Assembly: GCA_035221665.1 (NCBI GenBank)
Contig: CM069166.1
Span: forward strand, 1,488,001-1,552,000
DNA from: Okamejei kenojei
Lineage: Eukaryota
Direction of reading: 5' to 3'
Length of the DNA stretch: 64,000 nt
Shown here piece after piece: positions 13,818-26,470 of this stretch. A program made the translations under genes and the position numbers. Position 1 is the stretch's first letter. Each line of letters begins with the position of its first letter. Below the pieces are notes generated by a model. The model worked only from the letters and a program-made list of their open reading frames with translations. It did not search any database and was not told the origin of the DNA.

Positions 13818-14939
13818 TCTGCTAATCAATTTCTTTGGAATTACCTCTATAAGCTTTCACAGTACGCTTTTAAGTTTTGTAGCCTATTGTTTTATTCTGC
13901 TTTACATCCCCTTATCCTCCTTTGCTGAATTATGATTATTTGATTATGATTATTTTCCAAATCCTCCAGCTGTTCAACTGGCAGAATTAAACACTCTTTT
14001 TTTATCCAACACTATCTTTAACCGCTTCATAGCCACGGATACAACCACTTTTCGTGATGCTTTTGTTTTGCCTCTAAAGAGGTATATATTATTTGGAAGC
14101 TGTGCATCAATACTTTTGACTGTACTCTTTGCACATTTATGGTTATATTGTTTATTGTAGTTTTGTAACGTCCCAAGGCATACACCCGACCACTACTTTT
14201 CATGGAATATAATCATATAGCTCTTACGTTAAATATCCCTTGCACATATCTTATTTAACTGCTTTCTGTGGCTCTTTTGATATTTTTTCGCCACCTCTTT
14301 TCTTTCTAGCTAAATTCTGCATATGTTTTCTTTTACTTTTTCATATACAATAGCAGATTTTTGTTGAATTTTTCTTTCCAGCTCCTTCAACCACTTCTCT
14401 CCCCCTGCCATCTCCCACACCCTCCCAGCGATTTAAATTTAGGTTATTTTACATTTCTTCCAGCCACCACACTGAACTAAACTGAGTTATGAAATTAAAA
14501 GGAACTGCAGATGCTTGTTTATACCAAAGATTGGCACAAAATGCTGGAGTAACTCAGCGGGTCAGGCAACACATCTCCTTTAAATGGGATGCTCGAGTCA
14601 GAAATAGCAGAAAATTGCCACAGATCCTGCTACTGCTCATTGTTCAATGATTGTAGCTTCTGCTGAGCATGGAGTGTTGGTTGGTGAAGGTCATGCAGGG
14701 TGGGAGAAGGAAAGAAAGGACTAGATTGGCTCATCTGCGACGTCCTCCGCTGTTCGGTTGACTGGAATGTTGATGTCCACATGTATCGGTGTTTTTTTGT
14801 GGTGAGAAATTAAAATAAAAAACAACTCAATTCTAGCATACAGCTCTCCCGCCATGCTACCCACTAAGATAACAAGGGAGGGCAACAGTGTGTACACATT
14901 TGCCACTAATTCATCATATTTAGAGGAACACCATTACTT

Positions 14940-14993
14940 GGGACGGGAGATTGCAACCTTCACGTGGTCCGCCCTGTTTCGACGAATGCAATC
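14940..14993 (+). ncRNA. Minimal HDV/CPEB3-like self-cleaving ribozyme (54 nt)
   Basis: P1 GGGACGG 14940-46 / CCGCCCU 14969-75 (G1.U wobble, one A-C mismatch); P2 GAUUGCA 14949-55 / UGCAAUC 14987-93; P3 ACC/GGU; L3 UUCACGU; then GU, UUCGA in place of P4, and J4/2 CGAA with predicted catalytic C at 14983. Confidence 0.8.
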
Positions 14994-15079
14994 CACCAGG
15001 CGTGCACAATCAAGTAAGATCAAATAGAACAAGTTGTCCTACAACTTTAGGCTGTGCACGCCATACACAAGAAGAAGAA
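14940..15079 (+). mobile_element. HDV-like-ribozyme short retroelement, copy B (full length)
   Basis: TSD gaacacca at 14926-14933 and 15080-15087, with 6 extra nt (ttactt) before G1. (gaa)n tail. Confidence 0.88.
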
Positions 15080-15603
15080 GAACACCAGTTTATTACTGTC
15101 ATGTCTACCGAGGTACAGTGAAAAGCTTTTGAAATGGTCATTGGGCCTAAAGATTAATATGACAAACTGAACTGAAATGCACTGTAAAATATTATTAGGC
15201 ATTCAACAAATTAAAACTGTCAAATAATCCTATATCACCACACAGAACGGCTCAGCTGCTTAAAGTGCTTGTGTGGCTCTGACGTTCAATGGATAATCTA
15301 GCTGAATTTCCATCATTAAATCAGAGCAGAAACACAGCTGTCAGAAATGTACAGGATACAAATTCTCATACAATTTTAGAATTTTCCTCAACTGCCTTGA
15401 CAAAGTTAAAATAAGCAGGATAAAATGCAAGATGGTTACTTCAATACCAATGTAAGTTTTAAAAGTTTGTTGAAGGAATGAGATATAAAAATATTTGGTT
15501 CCACAAGAAATAGTGTCATCTTCTGTCAGATCAATCATCACTGGAAGAAGCTGGAAAATAATTGGTTACGTTTCCAGTTGGTTATAATAGGATATAAGGA
15601 TAT

Positions 15604-15890
15604 AATAGACAATAGGTGCAGGAGTAGGCCATTCAGCCCTTCGAACTAGCATCACCATTCACAGTGATCATAGCTGATCATCCACACTCGGTACCATGTT
15701 ACTGCCTTCTCCACATATCCCCTGACTCCACTATCTTTGAGAGCTCTATCTAACTCTCTTGAAAGCATCCAGAGAATTGGCCTCCACTGCCTTCTGAGGC
15801 AGAGAATTCCACAGATTCACAACCCTCTGTGTGAAAAAGTGCTTCCTCATCTCCATTCTAAATGGCTTACCCCTTATTCGCAAACTGTGG
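15604..15890 (-). mobile_element. CR1 LINE 3' fragment
   Basis: Translation GHSLRIRGKPFRMEMRKHFFTQRVVNLWNSLP (CR1 ORF2 C-terminus) plus 3' UTR. Confidence 0.85.
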
Positions 15891-16404
15891 CCTTTAAACC
15901 TCTTCATACTCCATCCTGCCTGCCATTTTTTGGAACAGCCAATAATCACCAGTTGCAGCAAGTATGCCCAGGTGCAAGGACATAAGTCACACTTGCAAAG
16001 TATGGCAATGTTTGCAGAACAAAAACAAAAGTATCTGTGTGTGCTGTTGGACGAGGGTCACAATAAATCAGGATCTGTCAGCAACTTTCATAAGTAGTTC
16101 AAGCAATGCACTCAATAAAAAGCAAAAAGAGTTGCAAATACTTGGCAGGTCAACAGCATTTCTGTAGAAACGGACTTGAACATTCTGATCAATAAATATC
16201 TCTAGCAGTTTTTCTGATTTCTTCCATCTGCAGTCGTTTGGATTTTCAGGATGGCACTTAAAGGTTGTATTAACACACTTGCTTAGAAATATATTTGCAT
16301 CAAAACCAAGATATCTTTCATTATATTTCCCATTCTTTATTCTCCACTAACTCAATTTTTGCTCAGGTTGTTTATTCCTTTGAAGTTTAATTGATATTTT
16401 GATT

Positions 16405-16687
16405 GAATAAAGGGGAAGCCATTTAAGAATGAGGTGAGAAAAAACTTTTTCACCCAGAGAGTTGTGAATTTGTGGAATTCCCTGCCTCAGAGGGCAGTGG
16501 AGGCCAAATCACTGGATGGATTTAAGAGAGCGTTAGATAGAACTCTAGGGGCTAGTGGAATCAAGGGATATGGGAAGAAGGCAGTCACTGGTTATTGATT
16601 GGGACGATCAGCCATGATCACAATGAATGGCGGTGCTGGCTCGAAGGGCCAAATGGCCTCCTTCTGCACCTATTTTCTATGTTTCTA
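16405..16687 (+). mobile_element. CR1 LINE 3' fragment
   Basis: gaggtgagaaaaaactttttcacccagagagttgtgaatttgtggaattccctgcc...ttctatgtttctat tail. Confidence 0.85.
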
Positions 16688-17280
16688 TCTCATCTGGATA
16701 CCCTAGCATCTCCCCTCAAGACCCATTCAAGTTCCTCCTCTGCATTCCAACTTCATCGGTGAGGTTGAGTGTGCCCAGGTTCTTCTTCTGCTTGTGTGTG
16801 GCTCTCCCGGGTTTGGGTTCAGATTCTTCACCTCCGTCAGAAACTTCTCTTCGACCCTCCATGCCCTTTGTTGTGTTGTCTCTCTGTGACAGTCAGACTT
16901 TATTTGGCACTACCCTCCTATTTCCCCTTTCAGCTATGCTCCTTTATAACTTATTTCTGCAACCACAACAAAGGCATCCATCCATTGGTTGGATCTTTGA
17001 AAGAGATCATTTGATAAGATTTTAGCAGAGAAATTGTTTTCCAGTAGTCTTTTGTATATTAAGCTGTTGTTTAGATGAAAAAAATCCGAAACACTTTAAA
17101 AACCTAAGGATAAAAGGATAATAACAAGGCTGTAGCAAGACAGCATCAAAAATTCATCCAACATCTGAATTACCAAATTGTTGCAATAGTTTTGCACAAT
17201 TAGCTGTCAACCAATGATAAGACAATCTCTCCTAATTTCAGGTGTCCCCCGAAAAGTAGGGAGAACATGGATAGATGATG

Positions 17281-17470
17281 GAAGAAAAAGACACAATGTG
17301 CTGGAGTAACTCAGCAGGTCAGGCAGCATCAGACTAATTAGTCTGAAAAAGGGTCCCACCCGAAACATCATCTATCCATGTTCTCCAGAGATCCATGTTT
17401 TGCCTGACCCGCTGAGTTAATCCAGCACTTTATGTCCTTTTGTGTACACCGGCATCTGTAATTCCTTGTT
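17281..17470. mobile_element. Fold-back PLE-derived element
   Basis: gctggagtaactcagcaggtcaggcagcatc / tgcctgacccgctgagttaatccagc inverted arms, with a decayed hammerhead at ~17343-17370. Confidence 0.65.
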
Positions 17471-20400
17471 TCTACTAGGTATAAAGATATTTGCGTTAAG
17501 ACCAAAATATCTTTCACGCTCTCTCGTTACACTATCCATCCTTTGTTTTTCACAGACTACAAAATCATTAAAGTTTCAATGTTATAGAGAAGTGCAAAGT
17601 GATTGCATTATGAAATTTTACTTACATCTAACACCTGAATCTATGACACACAATGTAAATCTGGCAATGTAATTGCTGTCGTCCTTTATGATATTGTTTT
17701 CCTGAGAGTCTGACCTTATTAAATATTGCAGCAGAACAATGAGGGGTTGAAGAGTCTACTGTTGCCTCTATGTTCTTATCGTGTCACCCAGCCCACACAA
17801 GGCCTGACAGGGCCATTTATCTGACTCAGCATTAGTAATGGTGAGATGTTGATGCTGATGCACTAGATGTTGCTGAGATATTTACTGCAAATAAAATTGG
17901 CGGGATGGAAACCCCCAACTAAAGCTACAGAGCCACGTACAGGAAGTGTACATTTCCCAGAGGGTTGGGCAGAACAAAAAATGGAGAAAACCCACAAATA
18001 TATTCAATTGCACCTAGACAGGTACATGGATAGGACAGGTTTGGAGACTTATGGACCAAGTGCAAGCAAGCGGGACTAGTATAGCTGGGACATTGTTGGC
18101 CGGTGTGGGCGAGTTGGGCCGAAGGGCCTGTTTCTACACTGTATCACTCTATGTCTCTATGATGAGAAAATCAGGAGATGCCAGAATGGTACATCAAAGT
18201 GTACGTGAAATAAGAATAAGGAGGTTCAGGAGCTCTAGAAAGGAGAGCAAGAATACACCGTTCTTTGTCATTACAGAAATACTGCAGCAATTATATAATT
18301 ATCGTGAAACATGAACACTTTTTACATCAAAAACCCTGATAACATTACGGGGGCCACTAAATTATCAAGGAAGGAAAGCAAGAGTATTGTTATAAAGCAG
18401 CTGAATTTTTAAACCATAGATCTCACTTTCCACAGTGCAGTTTGAGACTCCAATTGTCTACAGTTAACGACCAGATGATAAATGAATCAATAGTTTCAGG
18501 CGGAAATATAGGGCAATGCAGCAATGTGATCCAAAGGCCTCAGATACTGATTCATAACAGGGCTTCAGAGACCACCGGTGGTTTAACCCACTATCCTGAA
18601 GCATCCAGTACAAGGCTGGGTTAATAACCGCTCCAAAGGAGAGCAAAGTTCATCAGCTCAGCAACTGACGTAATTATGAAGAAAAACACTAAAGCAAAAG
18701 CAAAACGGTGCAGCTTTTAGAAATCTGATAAAAGCCATTAACTGGAAACACGTGCTTTTTTGACAGTAGATGCTGCTCAGTACTTTAAACCCTGTGATAT
18801 TTTACCTTTAACAATTGTTTCAGTTTGACAATGGCAATTCCGTACTAGGAAAATGTACAGGAGTTAATGGGCACATCACTAAAACCTAATTAGTGAGGAT
18901 TTAGTGGTTAAACTAAAATGTGGTTCATTACAGGAGTAAAATGGCAAAACCTGAAATTTAAAGACAGTGATGCCTCTGCAATATCCTGTTCTTCAGTGAA
19001 ACCTGTCTAGATTTCTGACTGTTCCTTCAGGTTGTTTTAAGGTTCTTAATTACAAATTACTAATCTGAACTGGAGGTCCTATCACTCGAAAACAATGAAG
19101 AGTTGTCCCATTGACGTGTATGCATTTCGCTCTATCTGGGGCTCCTCTATCTTTCATGTCCACATGATGTACACTTGACACTTTGCATCAATGAAGGGAA
19201 TAATCGTTTAAGGAGGTGGGGGGAATCGTCAATCAAGTGGGTTTCCTTCTCCTGAATGGAGTTCAGCTCTGAGAATTAGTGGAGCTGTATGCATCCATAT
19301 CGAAGTGGATATGATTTCATCAAAATTCTGATATGCCTTATGATGGATAGTTAGAAAGTCAGTCATTTGCGATATAAATGATGGGCTGAGTTTCCAATGA
19401 CTGATCTAATTCAATTTCTGGTTAACGGTGGCTCGCAGAGTTTGACTGGGTAGAATTTGTCAGTGGCATCGCTAATGGATGTCAAGTGGAGATATTGAGA
19501 TTATACTCTTGGATATGGTTTGTTCCTGCAGTCTGAGCAAACATCAATGTTACATCCACCTTTTTCCCCCAAGCCTGTGTTGCTTGGTCTTCATGCATTT
19601 ATGCCTACCTTATTAACTTCAACATTGCTGGGTCTAAGTACGAGAATTTTCCTGCAATAGTTTTATGAAAATTTATGAAAAGGCGCCATTCTATCCGCAA
19701 CATTACTGAAGAATGCAAGGATCCATCATCCTCCAAGTAGATTGATTCTTTACTTTCTATTAAAGTGCCAATTCATTCTGCCTCCACCCATTATCTACCC
19801 GGCCCTCCCTATACATAATTCAACCTAAATCCCAGCCCTTGCTCAGACCATTCAATTAACCACCTGATTCAAATCCTGCCACTGGAATCCTTCTCCACTT
19901 CATTTGTAACCTGGCCATCCTAATCATCTTCCCAACTACATCCCGTGACACTCTGCCTGGCAGAAGGACAATCTTCCCTAGGCAATTCTCTGCCCATCCT
20001 ATCTGAAATTCTGGAAATCTGATAAAAGATCATCAATCAGGATCAGAACTCACTTGCTCCATAACCTTTATCTGTGATAAGTACAGATGTGAAGTTTTCA
20101 TCTCATCTCTTCTAGTTCCACACATAGATGACCACACTAATGCTTGAGGGGGTCACCCATTCCTTCTCTCCAGAGATGCTGCCTGTCCCGCTGAGATACT
20201 CCAACTTTTTGCTTAAGGGGATCTTTAAGGTGCTCTCCTTGGTTATCATTTTGCTCTTAATATACATAGAATGTTTTAGGATTCATCTTTACCTTATCTG
20301 CCAAAGTGATATCCTCTTTTCGCCCTCCTGATTTCCTTCTTTATCATATTCCTTCATTCCTTTCAGTCTACAAATAATTTGTTTGGTCCAACAGCCAATA

Positions 20401-21215
20401 CCTGGCATATGCCTCCTTTTTTTTCCCCCCAGACTCGAGCCTCAATATCCTGCATCAGCCAAGGTTGACCAATCCAATCTGCACTGCCCCTCACCCTAAC
20501 AGTGACATTCCTTTTGTAACTTTTCCACAACAAGTTTTGGTTATGCTTCTATACGTAAATATATGAGTGTAGTTTTAACCCAAATTTAAAATTTAAAAAA
20601 ACGCTGGAGATATCCTAACTGGCACACAGACTGGAGAAATCTGTACAGTATTTCCACTGTTACATTTATTTCAGATTTGCAGCAACTGCTATGTTCTGCA
20701 TTGCACTATTCCAAGATGTTCTTTTTTTTTTTTGCTACTGCCCTAATTCATCCCTCTCAATTTATACTCTTTCCATCTGAGATGTCAGTTGTGATTAATA
20801 ATAAGCATTCATTTGCCCTCTCTTTGATGCCACCAACAACATTTGGACAACCATACAGACATTTATTTTAGACATGAAGAATTGCAAGTGCTAGTTTCCA
20901 AAAATCGACATAAAATGCTCAGACTTTTACTTTGTTCTCTCCTCTCTGCAACTTAAAATTTGCATCTTTTCAATTTTCCATTTCTGATGCAAAATAATCA
21001 TCTTGAAATATTAATTATTTTTCTCTCTGTAAAGACGCTTTCTGACCCACAGAACTTCCCCAACATTTGCTGTTTTATTTCAGATTTCCGACATCTGCAA
21101 GATCTTTTTTCTTATTAATTAATTTTAATTGAAGATACCTATCGAGAAACCTGTTAGATTGGACAAGACCCTCAATTGTTGTTTAAGATTAATAAAACTA
21201 CCAGGTAGTGAATGT

Positions 21216-21520
21216 TTTAGAGATACAGCATGGAAATAGGTGTTTCGGCCCACTGAGTACTCCAACCATCAATCACATGTGAACATTAGTTCTAAGTTAT
21301 CCCACTTTCTTATCCAATCTTTACACATTAGGGGCAATTTTACAGAGGCCAATTAACCCACAAACCCGCACATCTTTGGGATGTGGGAGGAAACTGGAGC
21401 AACCGGAGGAAATCCACGTGATCGCAGGGACAACGTGCAAACACTACACAGACAGTCCCCGAGGTCAGAAGCGAACCTGGGTCTCTGGCACAGTGAGCCA
21501 TCATCTCTACCAAATGTGCC
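21216..21520 (-). mobile_element. HE1/V-SINE-like SINE
   Basis: tttagagatacagcatggaaatagg tail and gggatgtgggaggaaactggagc...aacgtgcaaacactacacagacag core, both reverse-complemented. Confidence 0.75.
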
Positions 21521-21699
21521 ATCCTTGCATGTACCAGTTGATGGATATTTTGTCAAGGCTTATAAACCCATTTTGTTAAAAAAGAGATTACGATCAGACA
21601 TTTTAGTAGGCCTGACAGAAATCAAGTAAAGATATTTCATTCATAGCTAGAACACCAGTTTTCAGTCTAAAGATTCTGAGCTTCAAGGTTCAATTTTGA

Positions 21700-21912
21700 C
21701 CACAGATGCTGCCTGTATAGAGTATGTACGTTCTTCCCGTGACCATTTGATTTTCTCTGGGTCCTCCAGTTTCCTTCCACATCCCAAAGATGTGTGGGTT
21801 AATAGGCTTCTGTAAATTGTCCCTAGAGTGTAGGATTGAACTAATGTATGGGTGATTGCTGGTTAGCACGGACTTGGTGGGCCGAAGTGTCTGTTTCCAC
21901 ACTGTATCTCTA
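21700..21912 (+). mobile_element. HE1/V-SINE-like SINE (5' truncated)
   Basis: ttcccgtgacc...ttccacatcccaaagatgtg...gtgggccgaagtgtctgtttccacactgtatctctaaa. Confidence 0.7.
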
Positions 21913-22989
21913 AAAAAAAAATTACATTTCGCATGTTCTAAGACATCCATTCAAATCAGTAGTTTAGCCCTTGTAATTTGGTCCGAATGTGTTAACCTTG
22001 CATATTTTCATTATCATTTGAATTTTTACATTACTTCCATTGTGCCTCTGTACTTCTGACGTTCTTCAACTATCCTTCACAAATTTATTTACAAAATAAT
22101 TTCCTGACTACTCTATTCCAGCCTCATTGCAGCCTGAAAATGATATTTCTCTATTGGGATCCATTGTATTTTTTCATGAAATTGCCTGTTGTTTCTTTTA
22201 CATGGATGGAGTTTGGCGGGGGGTTTGATTTTAGTCATTGACTCTCAGTTCTTTTTGCAGCAACCTCAGAAAGGTTTAATTGCCTTCATCAAGACCAACC
22301 ACGAAGAATATCCAATTAAAATAACAACTCCAGCCACCAAGGACAAAATAAATGAGGCAGAAGTCACCTGACATGCCACCCTAACAATCCTTAATAGATC
22401 CAATTGTTTTCTTAACTGCACGTTGCTACAAGAATATTTTTAGAACCCTTTTATATTAAGCTATTTTATGCTCCTTTAAGACCACGTAGAGCTTGATTTA
22501 ACCTCTCCTCAACAACATCTTTGTTTACTTGCTATAGTACGCCCTGGTTTTAACCCGCCTGCAAACTTGTTCTTGTGGACAGCCTTACCCCCTCTACACG
22601 TCCTCCACATGATTCTCTTTCTGCTCACATCAGTTCTTCCTTCCTCTGCTGCACTTACTTCTCAGTACAAGTATGGTTACTCTGTAAAATCAGTCATACA
22701 ACCCTTCCCGTCTCCACCTACCTTCTTACCATTGTTCCTTTGATTCCTTTCTCACCCCCTCAAATTCCATCACTCCACATAGCTCTCCTCCTTATTTGTA
22801 ATCACCTGTGGAGATTTCCCCAGGTTGTTTCCATTCATCACATTGTACTCCCATTCTTCACATTGTACTCCCATTCTTCACATGTGTAAATGAGAATGAT
22901 TTGCTTCTGCTTCATTTCTGAGGGTACTGACGTGGACTCTAAACTTTTCCTATTGATGTACCCTCTAACTTTTCCTATCTATGTACCCT

Positions 22990-23570
22990 CTAAACTTATC
23001 TATGTACCTTTCCAGGTTTCTTTTAAATGTTGTTAAAATATCTGCCTCAACTAACCCCATACACCCACCACATACCGACTGGAAAACATTGCCCGTCAGG
23101 CAGGCTTCTATTAAATCTTAAACCCATTTCCTTTGGTTTTCGGTTCCCCAACTCTGGGTAAAATACTTTGCACATTCACTCCATCTATTCCACTCATGAT
23201 CTTATACACCTCTATATGATCATCCATCATTGTCCTGTGCTCCAAGGAATAAAGTCCTAGCTTGCTCAACCTCTCCCAAAACTCAGGCCCTCAGGTCCAG
23301 GGAAATAATCTCGTTACTATCTTCCCACAATGTCCTTGGATATTTCTGATCAGGCCTGGGAGATTTATCTACCTACATACACCCTAGTACATTCAGCACC
23401 TCCTCGACCATAGACTATCTTCAAGATATCTCCATTAACTGTTCCAGTCTTCATGTCTTTCTCCACGGTAAAAATAGAGAAAGACTCATTGAGGACCACG
23501 CCCTTTTCCTGCAGCTCTACATAGACATGACCGCTTTGATTTCTGAGGGACATTATTCTCTCTTGTTGCA
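22990..23570 (-). mobile_element. Degraded CR1 LINE fragments
   Basis: Reverse complement of CR1 ORF2 C-terminal DNA (ctcatgatcttatacacctctat, tccaaggaataaagtcc), plus an upstream piece translating VLNESFSIFTVEKD. Confidence 0.55.
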
Positions 23571-24499
23571 TGAAAGTTGAGTCAAGATGAGAATGCTTGG
23601 TACTTCAGATTCTTTCAGTGATTCAGTAGCTTCATGGAGTGAATATTTAGGAAAAATTGATATCTTTACTAATTTATATTATGTTGCAGAAGGTAAGAAT
23701 CCATTTTGCTTGCATCTGTAGGTTCCAAGGTTAGGTTCTTCAGGAGATTCATAACCCTTGACATCTTATCCTCAGCACATCCACTTAAAGTAGACGATTA
23801 TGCATTTGTGCAAGATATCGTAAGCACAAGGGAAAAAGCTGATAGCACTGCACCAGTTGCAGTGGAGGTTTGTCAGGATGATAATCATGTGTTGAAACAT
23901 TATCAAGATCTGAGATATGATCTCAACCATAGGAGAATGTGATCGAACCAGAAGTTTCCTCACCCTCTTCTTACAACCTATACATTCAAGGACAGTATAT
24001 GTTCACGTCTCCTGGGTGATGATTCATAAGGTTACAAGTGACAGGAGCAGAATTAGGCCATTCTGCCCATCAAGTCTACTCCGCTATTTAATCACGGCTG
24101 ATCTATCTCTCCCTCCTAACCCCATTCTCTTGCCTTCTCCCCATAGTACTGGCATCCCTGATTCAGCAGATTCTACCTGTAATCATGGACATTTAAATGT
24201 TAGATGTTTGTCTTTACATAGGGACTGTAATGAATGTGTTATTTTATGTATGTGATAAGCTGTGTTACAAGAGAATTTGAAGAATGGGGAAACTATGTGC
24301 TATAATTCTAAATAGTTGATGACCACACCCATAAAATTGACTTCTTAAATTGACCTTGACTTGTTTAGAACTGCTAAATTATGGAAGTTGTTCGTAGTTG
24401 ATGTTGAAATACATTGAATGGTGCCATTATGCTGATGCGGTGCAGATGTCACCTCAGAATGAGTGCACTATTCACCATTATTAATAGCAAGCTGATTTG

Positions 24500-25690
24500 G
24501 ACCCAGGGCAATGATATATATGTCCAGATCAGATTAGTATAGAACTGGAATAGGGGAACCAGCAAGTGGAGGCAATCCATAATACCTGGTGCCTTTGAAC
24601 TTCTTAGTTGGAGAGGTTGTGTGATTAGGCAGTACTGTCAAAGTAGCCTGGGTGAGTACATTTTGTACAAGTGCAGCGCAGTTTGCAGATGCGATAAGCA
24701 GCCTTATGCTTGATGGGAGTGCCAATCAGCCAGACTGCTTTGTTCTAGGAGTGGTCAAGTTTCTTGATAGTAGTTGGAGCTGCACAGTTCCGGGCAAGTG
24801 GAGAGTATTCTATCGTACTTGTAGAAGGTGGCAAGGCTTTGGGTGTGTGGAGGCAAATCACTCATGACATGACCTGTCGCTGACCTGTTCTTGTGGCCAT
24901 GGGCTTTGTGGCTGGTCAGGTTGGGTTTCTGATCAGCAGTGATCCCCAGGATGTTGTTGGGGAGGGGCCTGGCGATGGTAATGTCAAGATGGTCATTGCC
25001 TGGAACTTCTATTGTGCAAATTTTAGCTGCCATTTATCAGCTCATGCCCGAATAATAGGACAGTCTTGGACGTCATTAGGATATGCAAGTGGTCATGGGA
25101 TGCAAACAGATTCAAACATGGTACAATCATTAATTTAAAAAAAAACTCTGGAAGTTAAGATGGAAGATCAGTCATTAATGAAGCCATTGGTGATGGCAGG
25201 GCTGAGGACACTGTCCTGAAGAGGCCGGCGTTATTGATGGCCAACATCTGCAACCTGCTTTCTTTGTGCGATGTGCGACTCCAATCATTGGAATGTTTTC
25301 CTCTTGATGCCCATTGATTGTATCCATGTCACACTTTGTCAAAGGCAAACTTGATAAAGGGCAGTCACTCACTTCACTTCTGGAATTCCACTGGTCCATG
25401 TTTGACTCAACGTTGTGATGAGGGTCACTAAATGGTCAAGGTGAAAGGCAAATCAGGCATCAGTGGGCAGATTATTGGTGAGCAAATTCCACGGAATTGT
25501 ATGGAAACAAGCCTTTTAGCCTAACCAGTCTCCACTGACCATCAAGCATAAATTTACATGAAGCTGTTTGATTGCCGATAACATCTTCCAACAGGACGCG
25601 ACGTAACTGGGCAATTTTCCACATTGTCAGGTAGTTGCCAGCATTGCAAATTAATTGGAACAGCTTAACTCGAGCACAGTTCCAGATTTC
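24500..25690 (-). mobile_element. Old CR1/L2-group LINE remnant
   Basis: Minus translations NILGITADQKPNLTSH and KLFQ...LTMWKIAQL resemble non-LTR RT domain motifs; many frameshifts. Confidence 0.55.
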
Positions 25691-26296
25691 AAGATAGCTC
25701 TTTTTTTTATAAGCGCAATGCACATTCCAGCAGCAAAATTAAAAAGAAAAGTAATTGCTTATCTATTGTACCATCACATTTCTCGGTCCATGTCTCAATC
25801 CATTTAACATCACATTATTTCGAGCACCTATTACATGGACCTAAAAGCCGAAATCTGCTGGTTAAGGTTCCCTGAGAAATTTTGGAGGCTCATTATTAAG
25901 GGACTGTCTGATGGTATTCATGTTGCAGCCGAGAAAGTCAAACGTGTACAATTCAAAGTTTAAAATTCAGTGTGGTTGGTGAATGAATTCATTTTAAAAA
26001 CCAATTGCTTCCTTACTGCAATTGTTGCAGAGTTGGGTAAATTTGTTCTGTGTCCTCTTGTGTTGGTGACAATTATTCACAGAGGTCCTGTGTATTTGCA
26101 GATATGTCAAATGGTATATAATGCACATTAACATCACACTCTCAAAGTCCATTTGCACATCTGAATCTGGGAACGATGCAGACAGCTCATATCCTACCTG
26201 GTCTTAATGAGAAAGGTGATGCCTGCTTTTCTATTACTTTAAGGGAACATTATTTGGTATGTGTCCATTCAGTAGGTTACATTGGTCTTCTGTCAG

Positions 26297-26470
26297 TTCA
26301 GTCTGAAGAAGGGTCTCGACTCGAAACATCACCCATTCAGTCTGAAGAAGAGTCTCGACCCAAAACGTCACCCATTCAGTCTGAAGAAGGGTCTCGACCC
26401 AAAACGTCACCCATTTCTTCTCTCCAGAGATGCTGCCTGTACTGCTGTTACTCCAGCTTTTTGTATCTAT
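26297..26470 (+). mobile_element. PLE derivative with three tandem 39-bp hammerhead units
   Basis: Units start at ctgaaga 26303, 26342 and 26381, followed by the usual ctctccagagatgctgcc body. Confidence 0.8.

Noticed and set aside
26297-26415. CRISPR-like array
   Set aside because: The units are contiguous with no unique spacers, the context is eukaryotic, and they match the PLE hammerhead repeat.
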